From: Trueperaceae bacterium
GTDB taxonomy: Bacteria > Deinococcota > Deinococci > Deinococcales > Trueperaceae
NCBI GenBank assembly: GCA_965213705.1
Contig: OZ243913.1
Location: 2,752,001-2,816,000, forward strand
Direction: 5' to 3'
DNA: 64,000 bases
In this document: positions 1 to 8,345 of the stretch, piece by piece
How positions within the stretch are numbered: position 1 is the stretch's first letter
How the letters are laid out: every line of letters starts with the position of its first letter
The notes under the pieces: generated by a model
Database searches by the model: none
Told to the model about the DNA's origin: nothing
The model's input: only the letters and a program-made list of their open reading frames with translations
Position numbers and translations under genes: made by a program

Positions 1-563
1 TCGCCCACCTCGGTGTCGTTTAGGTACACGCGCGCTTCGCCGGGTTGGCTCGAGATGAACAGTTCGGCCGACCCCGCCTGCAGGTCGCCGACGGGCGCGA
101 CGAAGCGGGCCACGTCGTTCGCCAAACGCGCGGCGACGGCCGCCAAGGTCTCGACCCCGAAGGACTCCGTGTAGATGTCCGACGCCCGCTTACCGGCGGC
201 GTCGGCGACGAGGATGCTGAGTGAATAGGGCGTCTGCACGTTGCCGCCCTCGACCCGCTGGATTTGCCCGGACAGCGCGTATTGCAAGCCTTCCAACTCG
301 GCGATGAAGTAAACGAAATCCGGCTCTAAGCTGCTGGCGATGCCCGGCGTGACCAGGTCACCTTCGGACACCACCAGGCCGGTGCGGCGCGCTATGGCGG
401 TCCGCAACTCGCGCATGGTTTGGGTGACGATTTCCGGCGGCACCTCGCCGCGCGTTCCGAACGTCGGTACGACGACCTGGGCACTTGCCCCACCGCCAAA
501 GGCCAAGCCGACACCGAACCACAAGCTCAGGAACCAGCCTTGCCAAACATTTCGCGTCTTCAC
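1..563 (-). CDS. Secreted PEGA-domain protein (partial; runs off the window start)
   Basis: Manual translation from GTG at 563: signal-like N-terminus MKTRNVWQGWFLSLWFGVGLAFGGGASAQ, open to the window edge, ending ELFISSQPGEARVYLNDTEVG (typical start of a PEGA domain). Not in the ORF track. Confidence 0.7.
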   Translation of the reverse strand, partial: MKTRNVWQGWFLSLWFGVGLAFGGGASAQVVVPTFGTRGEVPPEIVTQTMRELRTAIARRTGLVVSEGDLVTPGIASSLEPDFVYFIAELEGLQYALSGQIQRVEGGNVQTPYSLSILVADAAGKRASDIYTESFGVETLAAVAARLANDVARFVAPVGDLQAGSAELFISSQPGEARVYLNDTEVG

Positions 564-619
564 GGGGCTAGTATATATCTTAACGTCGTGCGCCACGGCG
601 TCAGTGCTATAAAAGAACC

Positions 620-1378
620 ATGCGCTACTTGCTCCTGAGCGACATTCACGCCAACTTGGTCGCTCTCGAGGCCGTGTTGAGCCACGCCCGCCGCAAACGG
701 TGGGAGCGCGTCGTTTTTTTGGGTGACGCGGTCGGTTATTACCCCCAGGTCAACGAAGTTCTCGACTTGCTGCGCGACCTGCAGCCGGTCTTAAACATTG
801 TCGGCAACCACGAAGACTCGCTGCTCAACCACGCGTTCGGACAGGCTTCGAGCTACCGCGAAGAAAGCGTCGTCACCACGGTCATCCGCAAGCACCTGAC
901 GCAGATAAGCGAAGCGAACCTCGGCTACGTCAAGGCGCTGGACACGCACGTCGTGCAAGAGGGTTGGGAGGCCGCGCACGGCGGCCTGCGGACACCCTGG
1001 GAATACGTCACGAGCGTGCAGACGGCGCAGGAGAACGCGCCCTACATGCAAACCGACCTGTGCTTTGTCGGTCACACCCACGTCCCCAAAATATTCGCTT
1101 GCGTTTGTGCGCCGAGTGGCGACCTGTGGCGAGCGGTAGCGTTGCAAAGCGAACAGACCGTTTACCGTATTCCGCCCAGGGCCAAGCTGCTTTTCAACCC
1201 CGGCTCGGTCGGTCAACCCCGCGACGGGCTGCCGCTGGCGAGCTACGCCATCTTCGACGAAGACCTCCGCGTGATAGAGCACTTCAGGGTCGAGTACGAC
1301 GTGCTCCGCGTGCAGCGCTTGGTACGCGACCAAGGCTATCCGGAAACGCTGGCCGCACGGCTGACGCTCGGCAGATGA
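620..1378 (+). CDS. Calcineurin-like metallophosphoesterase (YfcE/MJ0936-like)
   Basis: Motifs SDIHAN, GDAVGY, GNHE, AHG, GHTH, NPGSVGQPRDG. Confidence 0.92.
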   Translation: MRYLLLSDIHANLVALEAVLSHARRKRWERVVFLGDAVGYYPQVNEVLDLLRDLQPVLNIVGNHEDSLLNHAFGQASSYREESVVTTVIRKHLTQISEANLGYVKALDTHVVQEGWEAAHGGLRTPWEYVTSVQTAQENAPYMQTDLCFVGHTHVPKIFACVCAPSGDLWRAVALQSEQTVYRIPPRAKLLFNPGSVGQPRDGLPLASYAIFDEDLRVIEHFRVEYDVLRVQRLVRDQGYPETLAARLTLGR

Positions 1379-1616
1379 GTCCGAACGGCAGACGGTTTCA
1401 CGCAAACGTCGGAACCGACGGCGTCCGCAACGCCCTCGGTTCACGGTCGGGTGTCACGTCCCTGGTTTGAGACCGTCCCTGCGCTTTTTGAGAGGGATTC
1501 TCGAGGTGGTCAACTCAAACAAGTAGGAGGACGGGTCGGTGACAAAAGACGTTTGCGCGCCAACACTGGAAGACGCAAGCCTGCCGACGTCGTTCGCAGC
1601 AGCGCCGGTGGTCTTG

Positions 1617-3146
1617 TCAGGGCTGCGCGCAGGCTTCCGGGGCGACCCCAAGGATTTTGAAACTCGTTTTGGGCAGGGTAAAGTTCCCACTCAGCGTCTG
1701 TCCGGTCAGGAGGTCGGTGGCGCGGTCGGTGCGTAGGGTGGACTCGAGCGCCGCCTCTTTGTTCCCGAAGTTGGCGACGACCATGACACTTTCGCCCGCA
1801 CCGGCGCGGCAAAAAGCCAAGACCGCTCGGTCCTGGGTGTCCAGCACCGTCAGCGAACCGCTGTTCAGGGCGGGTGTGTCGTTTCTCAGTTGGATGAGTC
1901 GCTTGTACAAGTTGAAAAGCGAGTCCGGCTCAGCCTCTTGCGCCGCCACCGTGATTTCCGGGTCGTCGGTGCTGAAGGCGTACCAGGGTTGGGCGGTGCT
2001 GAACCCGGCATGGGGTTCGGCGGGCGTCCAGCGCATGGGGGTACGTTTTTCCTCGTCCTTGTCGCCGGGGCCGTTGGGCATTCCGATTTCCTCACCGTAG
2101 TAAAGAAAGGGCGTGCCCGGCAAGGTGAGCAGCAGACCGGCGGCGAGTTTCAGGCGCGGCACGTCCCGTCTCAGAAAGCCGAGGCTGGTGCCGGGCCTGA
2201 CTTGGTCGTGGTTGGAGATGAACGTGGCGAGCGGAGCGTCCGGCGGGTAAAGCTCGGCGTTTTGCTTTAGGGTGAAAACGAGGTCCGCAGCGCTCGGCGA
2301 CTGCACGGCCTCCAGCAGGGCGCTCCACAGCGGATAATCGAAGGCCGCGTCGAGACTGCCGTCGGTAAAGTAGCGCGCAATCGTGCCCGCGTCCGTCCAG
2401 GTCTCCCCCACCAAGAAAGCCTCGGGGTTGAGCGTTTTGATGTATGCCCCGAACGCCTCGACCCAGGCGATGTTCTCGGGCGTGTTGCGAATGTTGCCGT
2501 CCGCGCCCTCGACGATGTGCTGAATCGCGTCGATGCGGAAGCCGTCCACGCCGCGGTTCAGCCAGAACTTCGCCACGTCGTTCATCTCTTGCACCACCGC
2601 TGGGTTGCGGTAGTTCAGGTCGGGCATCCCGCTCCAAAAAAGACCCAGGTAGTAGCCGCTGGGCGTTTCGTGCCAGGCCGGGCTCCCACCCGTGCCGCGC
2701 CAACCCAGGTCGGTGTCGGACCACGCGTAGTAGTCGCGGTAGTCAGGGTCCTCCGTTTTCGCCCTCAAAAACCACGGGTGTTGGTCACTGGTGTGGTTGA
2801 CGACGAGGTCCATCACGACGCTGATGCCCCGCGCGTGCGCCTCGGCGACAAAGGTGTCGAAGTCCGCAAGCGTGCCGTAGTCGGGGTTGACCTCGTAAAA
2901 GTCGGTCACGTCGTAGCCGTGGTAGCTCGGGCTCGGGTGAACAGGCATCAGCCACACGCCGGTCACGCCCAGGTCTTCGAGGTAGTCCAGCCGTTCGGTC
3001 GCCCCGGCCAAGTCGCCGACGCCGTCCCCGTCCGAGTCCTGAAAACTGCGCACGAAAATCTCGTAGTAGACGCCTTCTGGCGCGGTTGTTTGCGCCGACA
3101 CGAACGACGCTGCGAGTAAGAGTAGAGCGAAGCAAGTTTTTAACAT
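1617..3146 (-). CDS. Secreted alpha-amylase family (GH13) glycoside hydrolase
   Basis: Signal peptide; YYEIFVRSFQDSDGDGVGD, DLVVNHTS, GFRIDAIQH, LVGETW, FISNHDQ. Confidence 0.93.
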   Translation of the reverse strand: MLKTCFALLLLAASFVSAQTTAPEGVYYEIFVRSFQDSDGDGVGDLAGATERLDYLEDLGVTGVWLMPVHPSPSYHGYDVTDFYEVNPDYGTLADFDTFVAEAHARGISVVMDLVVNHTSDQHPWFLRAKTEDPDYRDYYAWSDTDLGWRGTGGSPAWHETPSGYYLGLFWSGMPDLNYRNPAVVQEMNDVAKFWLNRGVDGFRIDAIQHIVEGADGNIRNTPENIAWVEAFGAYIKTLNPEAFLVGETWTDAGTIARYFTDGSLDAAFDYPLWSALLEAVQSPSAADLVFTLKQNAELYPPDAPLATFISNHDQVRPGTSLGFLRRDVPRLKLAAGLLLTLPGTPFLYYGEEIGMPNGPGDKDEEKRTPMRWTPAEPHAGFSTAQPWYAFSTDDPEITVAAQEAEPDSLFNLYKRLIQLRNDTPALNSGSLTVLDTQDRAVLAFCRAGAGESVMVVANFGNKEAALESTLRTDRATDLLTGQTLSGNFTLPKTSFKILGVAPEACAQP

Positions 3147-3300
3147 GCCTCTAGTGTGACACGGCGACGAGGGTAAAGAAGTAGGGAAGTAGGGGGTAGG
3201 GGGTAAAAGCTTAGGCGGATGCTACCACGCTCCTATTAGGCGGATGCTGCCGCGCTCTTCGACCTGACTTTTCTGTTCTCTCATACTCTTACACCCTTTC

Positions 3301-4614
3301 TCAGCGCAGCCCTCGCCCCGCGCCGGCTCGGGGGGCGCGCTTGCCCATCTGCTTCATGAGTCGCTTCATCTGTTCGTAGTTTTTCATCAGTCGGTTGACG
3401 TCTTGAACTTCGGTGCCCGAGCCCCTGGCGATGCGTTTTCTGCGGCTGGCGTTGAGCAGACGCGGTTTGCGGCGCTCGGCGTCGGTCATCGAGGAGATGA
3501 TAGCCTCGATGCGGCCGATTTCGCGCTCGTCGATTTCCGCGCCGGGCGGCAGCATTTTGCTGGCGCCGGGAATGAGCTTGAACACGTCCGTAAACGAGCC
3601 CATCCGCTTGATGCGGCGCATCTGGGTGAGCATGTCCTGCAGGGTGAAGTCGGATAGGTTTTTGAGGTCGTCCTCGTCATCGTCGCCCTCCAGAACTTTC
3701 GCCTTTTCAATCAAGGTGAGCACGTCGCCCATGCCCAGGATGCGGCTCGCCACGCGGTCGGGGTAAAAGGGCTCGAGACCGTCGATTTTCTCGCTCATCC
3801 CGGCGAAGTAGATGGGTTTGCCGGTCACGTGCTTGGCGGACAGGGCCGCGCCGCCGCGCGCGTCGCCGTCGAGCTTGGTCATGACCAGACCGGTCACGCC
3901 GACGCGCTCGTCGAAAGACGTGGCGACCGGCAGCGACTGTTGGCCGGTCATCGCGTCGATGACGAGCATCGTCTCGCTCGGCTGCAGCTTGTCTTTAAGC
4001 TCGGCCAGCGCGTCCATCAACCCCTCGTCGATTTGCAAACGGCCCGCCGTGTCGACGATGACGAGGTCGCGAAAGTCTTGTTTGAGGTGGGCGTTGAGGC
4101 GCTCCAGGGTGCGCCCCGGCGTCTCGTCGTCCTCGACCTCCAACACGGGTACGCCGATTTGCTTGCCCAACACTTTGAGCTGTTCGCGCGCCGCCGGGCG
4201 CTGCGTGTCGGCGGCGACGAGGAGCGGGCGGCGGCCCTGAGACTTGTACTTGTAGGCGAGCTTGCCCGCGGTCGTCGTTTTGCCCGCGCCCTGTAAACCC
4301 ATGAGCATCCAGATGTTGCGCTCGTTTTTGAGGTTGGGCTGGACCGACTTGCCGCCGAGCAAACTGGTGAGTTCGTCGTTGACGATTGAAATGACGCGCT
4401 GGTCGGGTTGGAGCGACAACAGCGTTTCCGAGCCGGTGGCTTTTTCTTGCACGCGCCTCGTGAACTCTTTGGCGACGTCTAAGTTGACGTCGGCCTCCAA
4501 TAGGGCGATGCGCACCTCGCGCAAGGCCGCTTTCACCTCGGCTTCGGTCAGTTTGCCGCGGCCGCGCAGGCCGTCGAAAATCGTGCCGAGTCTGTCGCCT
4601 AAATTTTGAAACAT
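3301..4614 (-). CDS. ffh: Signal recognition particle protein Ffh
   Basis: [33 protein letters not shown], Met-rich M domain with [11 protein letters not shown]. Confidence 0.98.
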   Translation of the reverse strand: MFQNLGDRLGTIFDGLRGRGKLTEAEVKAALREVRIALLEADVNLDVAKEFTRRVQEKATGSETLLSLQPDQRVISIVNDELTSLLGGKSVQPNLKNERNIWMLMGLQGAGKTTTAGKLAYKYKSQGRRPLLVAADTQRPAAREQLKVLGKQIGVPVLEVEDDETPGRTLERLNAHLKQDFRDLVIVDTAGRLQIDEGLMDALAELKDKLQPSETMLVIDAMTGQQSLPVATSFDERVGVTGLVMTKLDGDARGGAALSAKHVTGKPIYFAGMSEKIDGLEPFYPDRVASRILGMGDVLTLIEKAKVLEGDDDEDDLKNLSDFTLQDMLTQMRRIKRMGSFTDVFKLIPGASKMLPPGAEIDEREIGRIEAIISSMTDAERRKPRLLNASRRKRIARGSGTEVQDVNRLMKNYEQMKRLMKQMGKRAPRAGAGRGLR

Positions 4615-4794
4615 GATTTTCCTTTCAGGTATAAACCCGCCGCCTCGAGTCTAAAACGGGGGCGGCTCGAGTACGAACACTTCAAACCCTTAGCCTAGCC
4701 AAAACGAAGGGTGAGTTCAACACGGTGGGGTACAGCCGCCCTGAGCACGGTCTCGAGCACGGTGTCAAGGGGGCTCGAGTGCTAAACTCGCAGT

Positions 4795-6213
4795 ATGTCC
4801 GGCAGGTCGAACCAGAGGAAAGTCAACTCGTTTTTTTGCGTTATCAGGGTTTACCTTTGTCTCGCCTTCGGCGTCGGGGTTTTCGCACAGCAAACGCCTG
4901 AAACCGCCCGCCTTTTGAGCCAAGCGAGAGACGTCGTCGCCGCGGCCGAAGCGCAGTACGCGGGCACCGTGTTGAACATCGACCAACCCCTGTGGCGGCA
5001 GGCCATAGACCTGGGCGAGCAGGCGCTCGCCGCGAGTCCGGACGACCCGGAGACGACGCTGTTTTTAGCGCGGACCTACAGCCGCATCGGCTGGTTTATC
5101 CGCGCCTGGCCGCGCTGGCAGGGTTATCTGGCGGCGGGCGGCACACTCGCCCCGGACGACGCCGCCATATTTGCCAAGACCGGCACCGAACTCGGTTTCT
5201 CGCGGTACAGCGCCGGTGACTTGGCGGGCGCTCTCCCCTACTATCAAACCGTCGCCGCGACGCTGCCCGAGAACCCCGAGGCGCTGAGCTGGCTGGGGCG
5301 AATATTGCTGGAGCAGGGCGACCCGGCGGCGGCGCTGCCCTACTGGGAACGCCTGGCGATCCTCAGCCCCTCAAACGAAGGGTTCACGTTTTACCGGGAC
5401 TTGACGAACGAGCAAGTAAGGGTCGGTCCTGCGGCGAGCGCGGCGTTTCGCAGCGGTCTGGGCGCTTACGACGCGGGCGATTTGGGCCCCGCGCTCGCCG
5501 CCTTCGAGACCGCCGCGGCGGCCAACCCTCAGTTCAAAGAAGCGTTTACCTGGGCCGCGCGCACGAGCGGCGAACTGGAACAGTTCGACAAGGCCACCGG
5601 CTACTGGCAAAGGGTGCTCGAGCTGGCCCCGGACGACCCCGGCGCGACCTACTTTTTGCGGTTTACCGAAGACCAGAAGCAGTGGGGCACAGCCGCCGTC
5701 AACGCGTTTTACGAGGGCCAAAAACTGTACCAGGAGGGCGACCTGGCCGGAGCCGCCGAACGCTTCGACGCGGCCGCGCGCTTCAACCCGGCTTTTAAGG
5801 ACGCACTCGTCTGGACCGCGCGCAGCTTGCAAGAACTCGGTCAAACGGACAAGGCCCTGGTCGCTTGGCGCTCGGTGCTCAAACTCGACCCGGAGGACAA
5901 GCGCGCCGGGTACTTTCTCAACCTTGCCGAGCAGCAACTCGCTTATGGCGGCGTGGCGGGCCGCGCTTTTATACAGGGCGTAGAGCAGTTCGAGGTTGCC
6001 AACCTGAGCGAGGCCGAAACGCTTTTTCAAGAAGCTGTCGAGACCAACCCCGCCTTTGTCGAGGCCTGGGCCTGGTTGGGCCGCACCCACTTTACAAGCG
6101 CTGACTACGCCGCGGCGGCCGTCGCCTACGAAAAAGCCGCCGAGCTGGCGCCCGACAACGACGACTACCGCTTTTTTGCCGACGAAGCCGCTTTTTTAGC
6201 CGGCGACGAGTAA
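4795..6213 (+). CDS. Exported tetratricopeptide-repeat protein
   Basis: Signal-like N-terminus; many TPR-like helical repeats (e.g. AWAWLGRTHFTSADYAAAAVAYEKAAELAPD). Confidence 0.85.
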   Translation: MSGRSNQRKVNSFFCVIRVYLCLAFGVGVFAQQTPETARLLSQARDVVAAAEAQYAGTVLNIDQPLWRQAIDLGEQALAASPDDPETTLFLARTYSRIGWFIRAWPRWQGYLAAGGTLAPDDAAIFAKTGTELGFSRYSAGDLAGALPYYQTVAATLPENPEALSWLGRILLEQGDPAAALPYWERLAILSPSNEGFTFYRDLTNEQVRVGPAASAAFRSGLGAYDAGDLGPALAAFETAAAANPQFKEAFTWAARTSGELEQFDKATGYWQRVLELAPDDPGATYFLRFTEDQKQWGTAAVNAFYEGQKLYQEGDLAGAAERFDAAARFNPAFKDALVWTARSLQELGQTDKALVAWRSVLKLDPEDKRAGYFLNLAEQQLAYGGVAGRAFIQGVEQFEVANLSEAETLFQEAVETNPAFVEAWAWLGRTHFTSADYAAAAVAYEKAAELAPDNDDYRFFADEAAFLAGDE

Positions 6214-6224
6214 CCCGTGCCGGT

Positions 6225-6758
6225 ATGAGTTTCCGAACGGTCGCGGTGCGTGTCGGCGCGCTCGCGTTGCTGCTGCTGCTCGCCCTCGTTGCCACCTTGA
6301 GCGTCCGGACCCTGAACCGGGTCCCCACCACCCTCCTTTATTTCGTCCGCAGCAACGACGAGGCGTTCACGCTCGAGCGCGCGCCGCGGCGTCTGCCCCG
6401 CGCCGAACGCGAAGCCTACCTGGTGAGCACCCTGCAAGCCCTCATCACCGGACCCGACGCGGCCGAAGCGGCCGGAGGGTTGGCCTCTTTTTTGCCCCCG
6501 ACCACCGAGGTCTTGGACCTGCGGCTCAGGGGCAGCGAGGTGAGGGTGGACTTCTCGAGCGCTTTCGCCGTGGGCGGCGGCAGCGCCACCCTGCTGGGCC
6601 GCCTGTTCCAAGTGTTTTATACCCTTACCCAGCCGAGCTACGTGGACAGCGTGCGGCTGTTCGTCGAGGGCGAGCCGGTGAGCGTGTTCGGCAGCGAAGG
6701 AATTCTGGTCGGCAACCCGTGGCGGCGGGTGGCGAACACGCCGTTGCCCGTTTGGTAA
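6225..6758 (+). CDS. GerMN-domain protein
   Basis: N-terminal TM; LITGP, VRVDFS, GGGSATLLGRLFQVFYTLTQ, VRLFVEGE are GerMN-like motifs. Confidence 0.85.
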   Translation: MSFRTVAVRVGALALLLLLALVATLSVRTLNRVPTTLLYFVRSNDEAFTLERAPRRLPRAEREAYLVSTLQALITGPDAAEAAGGLASFLPPTTEVLDLRLRGSEVRVDFSSAFAVGGGSATLLGRLFQVFYTLTQPSYVDSVRLFVEGEPVSVFGSEGILVGNPWRRVANTPLPVW

Positions 6759-6949
6759 AAGCCTATAAGCTTGCAGCCACAGGTAAGGTCTGACCGACGA
6801 GCCAAAAAATACGGGCGTTTCCTGTGAGCTTTACACCCCGAAGTAAGATTTTTCACGCTACCCTGAACCTCTGAGGTGAAAACGCGCGAAACGCGTTCGT
6901 CAGGCCGACCAGCCTGAAGCCATAAACCTTTGTCGCAGGGAGAGCCTTT

Positions 6950-7321
6950 ATGCGTTACTTCGTCTTATTCGTTCTTCTCTCAGCTTGCAGCCAAGCGCCG
7001 CAGCTCCCGACGCTTTCAGCCGGCTGCCGGAACATCAACAACGCCTTTTACGACGGCGCGTACCAGTCGGGCAACGTCTTTTTCAGCTCGTTCAAGGCGG
7101 GTGAAAGCGTCAGCGTCGCGCTGTCCGTGCAAGACAGTACGACGAAGCTGTGGCTCGTCGTCACCGACGCGACCCTCGAGCCGAAACAAGACATCGCCGC
7201 CCGGACGGCCACCAGCTACGAAACGTTGAGCTACCGTTTCGAGCGCGATATGCCCGAGGCGGAAGTGTACTGGTCGGCAGACGTGGGCGTGCCGAGTTGG
7301 TCGGTGACGTGTGGGCCTTGA
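6950..7321 (+). CDS. Hypothetical lipoprotein
   Basis: Lipobox LLSAC; RBS GGGAGAG upstream. Confidence 0.7.
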   Translation: MRYFVLFVLLSACSQAPQLPTLSAGCRNINNAFYDGAYQSGNVFFSSFKAGESVSVALSVQDSTTKLWLVVTDATLEPKQDIAARTATSYETLSYRFERDMPEAEVYWSADVGVPSWSVTCGP

Positions 7322-7347
7322 TAGGAGGCCCGAGCCCCCACACACGC

Positions 7348-7728
7348 TCAGCCTGCGTAAAGCTCCAATTCGGGGTAATACTGAAAGTGTTTGTCGTCAG
7401 CCAGTAAGGGAACACCGTTCCTTACAGCCACCGCCGCAATCAATCCGTCGCTGGGTGGCAGCGTGCGACCCTGACGTCTGAGTTGAGCAAGCGTGTTGCC
7501 TGCGCCTGTAAAGTCCGCCGCCAAAGTGTCCAGCTCGGCACACGCCATAACCAACTTGAGCAGTCTCGCCTCATCTTGCTTAAAACCCAGCCGAAGCTCT
7601 AATTCAACCATCCCGCACCGAACCACGCGGTTTTCCAGGGTCAACGCTTTCACTGTTTGGGCAAGTTGGTTTCTGCTTTGAAAAAACGTCACCCAAGCCG
7701 AGGTGTCTACCAAGACCAGGTCACTCAC
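7348..7728 (-). CDS. vapC: VapC-family PIN-domain toxin
   Basis: VLVDTSAW, ELRLG, DGLIAAVA, DDKHF acidic PIN pattern; overlaps the upstream antitoxin. Confidence 0.9.
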   Translation of the reverse strand: MSDLVLVDTSAWVTFFQSRNQLAQTVKALTLENRVVRCGMVELELRLGFKQDEARLLKLVMACAELDTLAADFTGAGNTLAQLRRQGRTLPPSDGLIAAVAVRNGVPLLADDKHFQYYPELELYAG

Positions 7729-7924
7729 CCGTCAGCTCGAGCTTCTCAATTTCGTCGTTGCTGAGGATGTCCACAGCGCCCATGTGGGTCGCCAACTCGC
7801 GCATCTGCTCGCGGCGCACATAGTCTTCCACGGCAAGTCGCACGGCGAGGGTTTTGTTTTCGGTTTGGGTGAGCCTCATCAACTCGTGAAGCGTTTCCTC
7901 TTTCAAGCTTATAGTTGCGCGCAC
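7721..7924 (-). CDS. vapB: VapB-family antitoxin (RHH-like)
   Basis: 67 aa, MRATISLKEETLHELMRLT...KTLAVRLAVEDY; RBS AAGGAGG; translationally coupled to vapC. Confidence 0.85.
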   Translation of the reverse strand: MRATISLKEETLHELMRLTQTENKTLAVRLAVEDYVRREQMRELATHMGAVDILSNDEIEKLELTGE

Positions 7925-8034
7925 ATTTTTCCTCCTTACTTCACCAAGAACGTCATCACTATAGCGCGAACGTATGAATATCGGTGATTCACCTTTTTGC
8001 TCATCGTGGATTCATCAAAACTTCAAGATAAGTA

Positions 8035-8145
8035 GGCTCGAGCCTTCACTGCGACACCCTCGTCAGCCTGCCGAGACGTGTGCTCACAAACTACTTAGGC
8101 AAGCTCGAGAAGGCCGCCTTGTTTGACTTTGGTCGGGCACTCGAG
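8035..8145 (+). pseudogene. C-terminal relic of a PemK/MazF-type toxin
   Basis: Manual translation GSSLHCDTLVSLPRRVLTNYLGKLEKAALFDFGRALE resembles a PemK/MazF C-terminus; in-frame stop just upstream and no start codon. Confidence 0.55.
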
Positions 8146-8199
8146 CCCCCGTTCTGTACGAAGAACTCGAGCCCCAGTGACGGTTTGTGAAACGGAAAG

Positions 8200-8230
8200 A
8201 AGGAGGCTCGAGTCAGACTCGAGCCTCCTT
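8200..8230. terminator. Hairpin or terminator built on CTCGAG
   Basis: AAGGAGGCTCGAGTC-A-GACTCGAGCCTCCTT inverted repeat downstream of the Ig-repeat gene. Confidence 0.6.
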
Positions 8231-8345
8231 CCACAGTATTTTTAGACCGAAACTCAGGTCAATCAGAGGTCGTCGGTTGTAGCGCCGTGCTGCGCACTTG
8301 TGGGAGCGGTATTTGGCTCTGGGTCAAGGTGCAGTTAAGTCCCGC

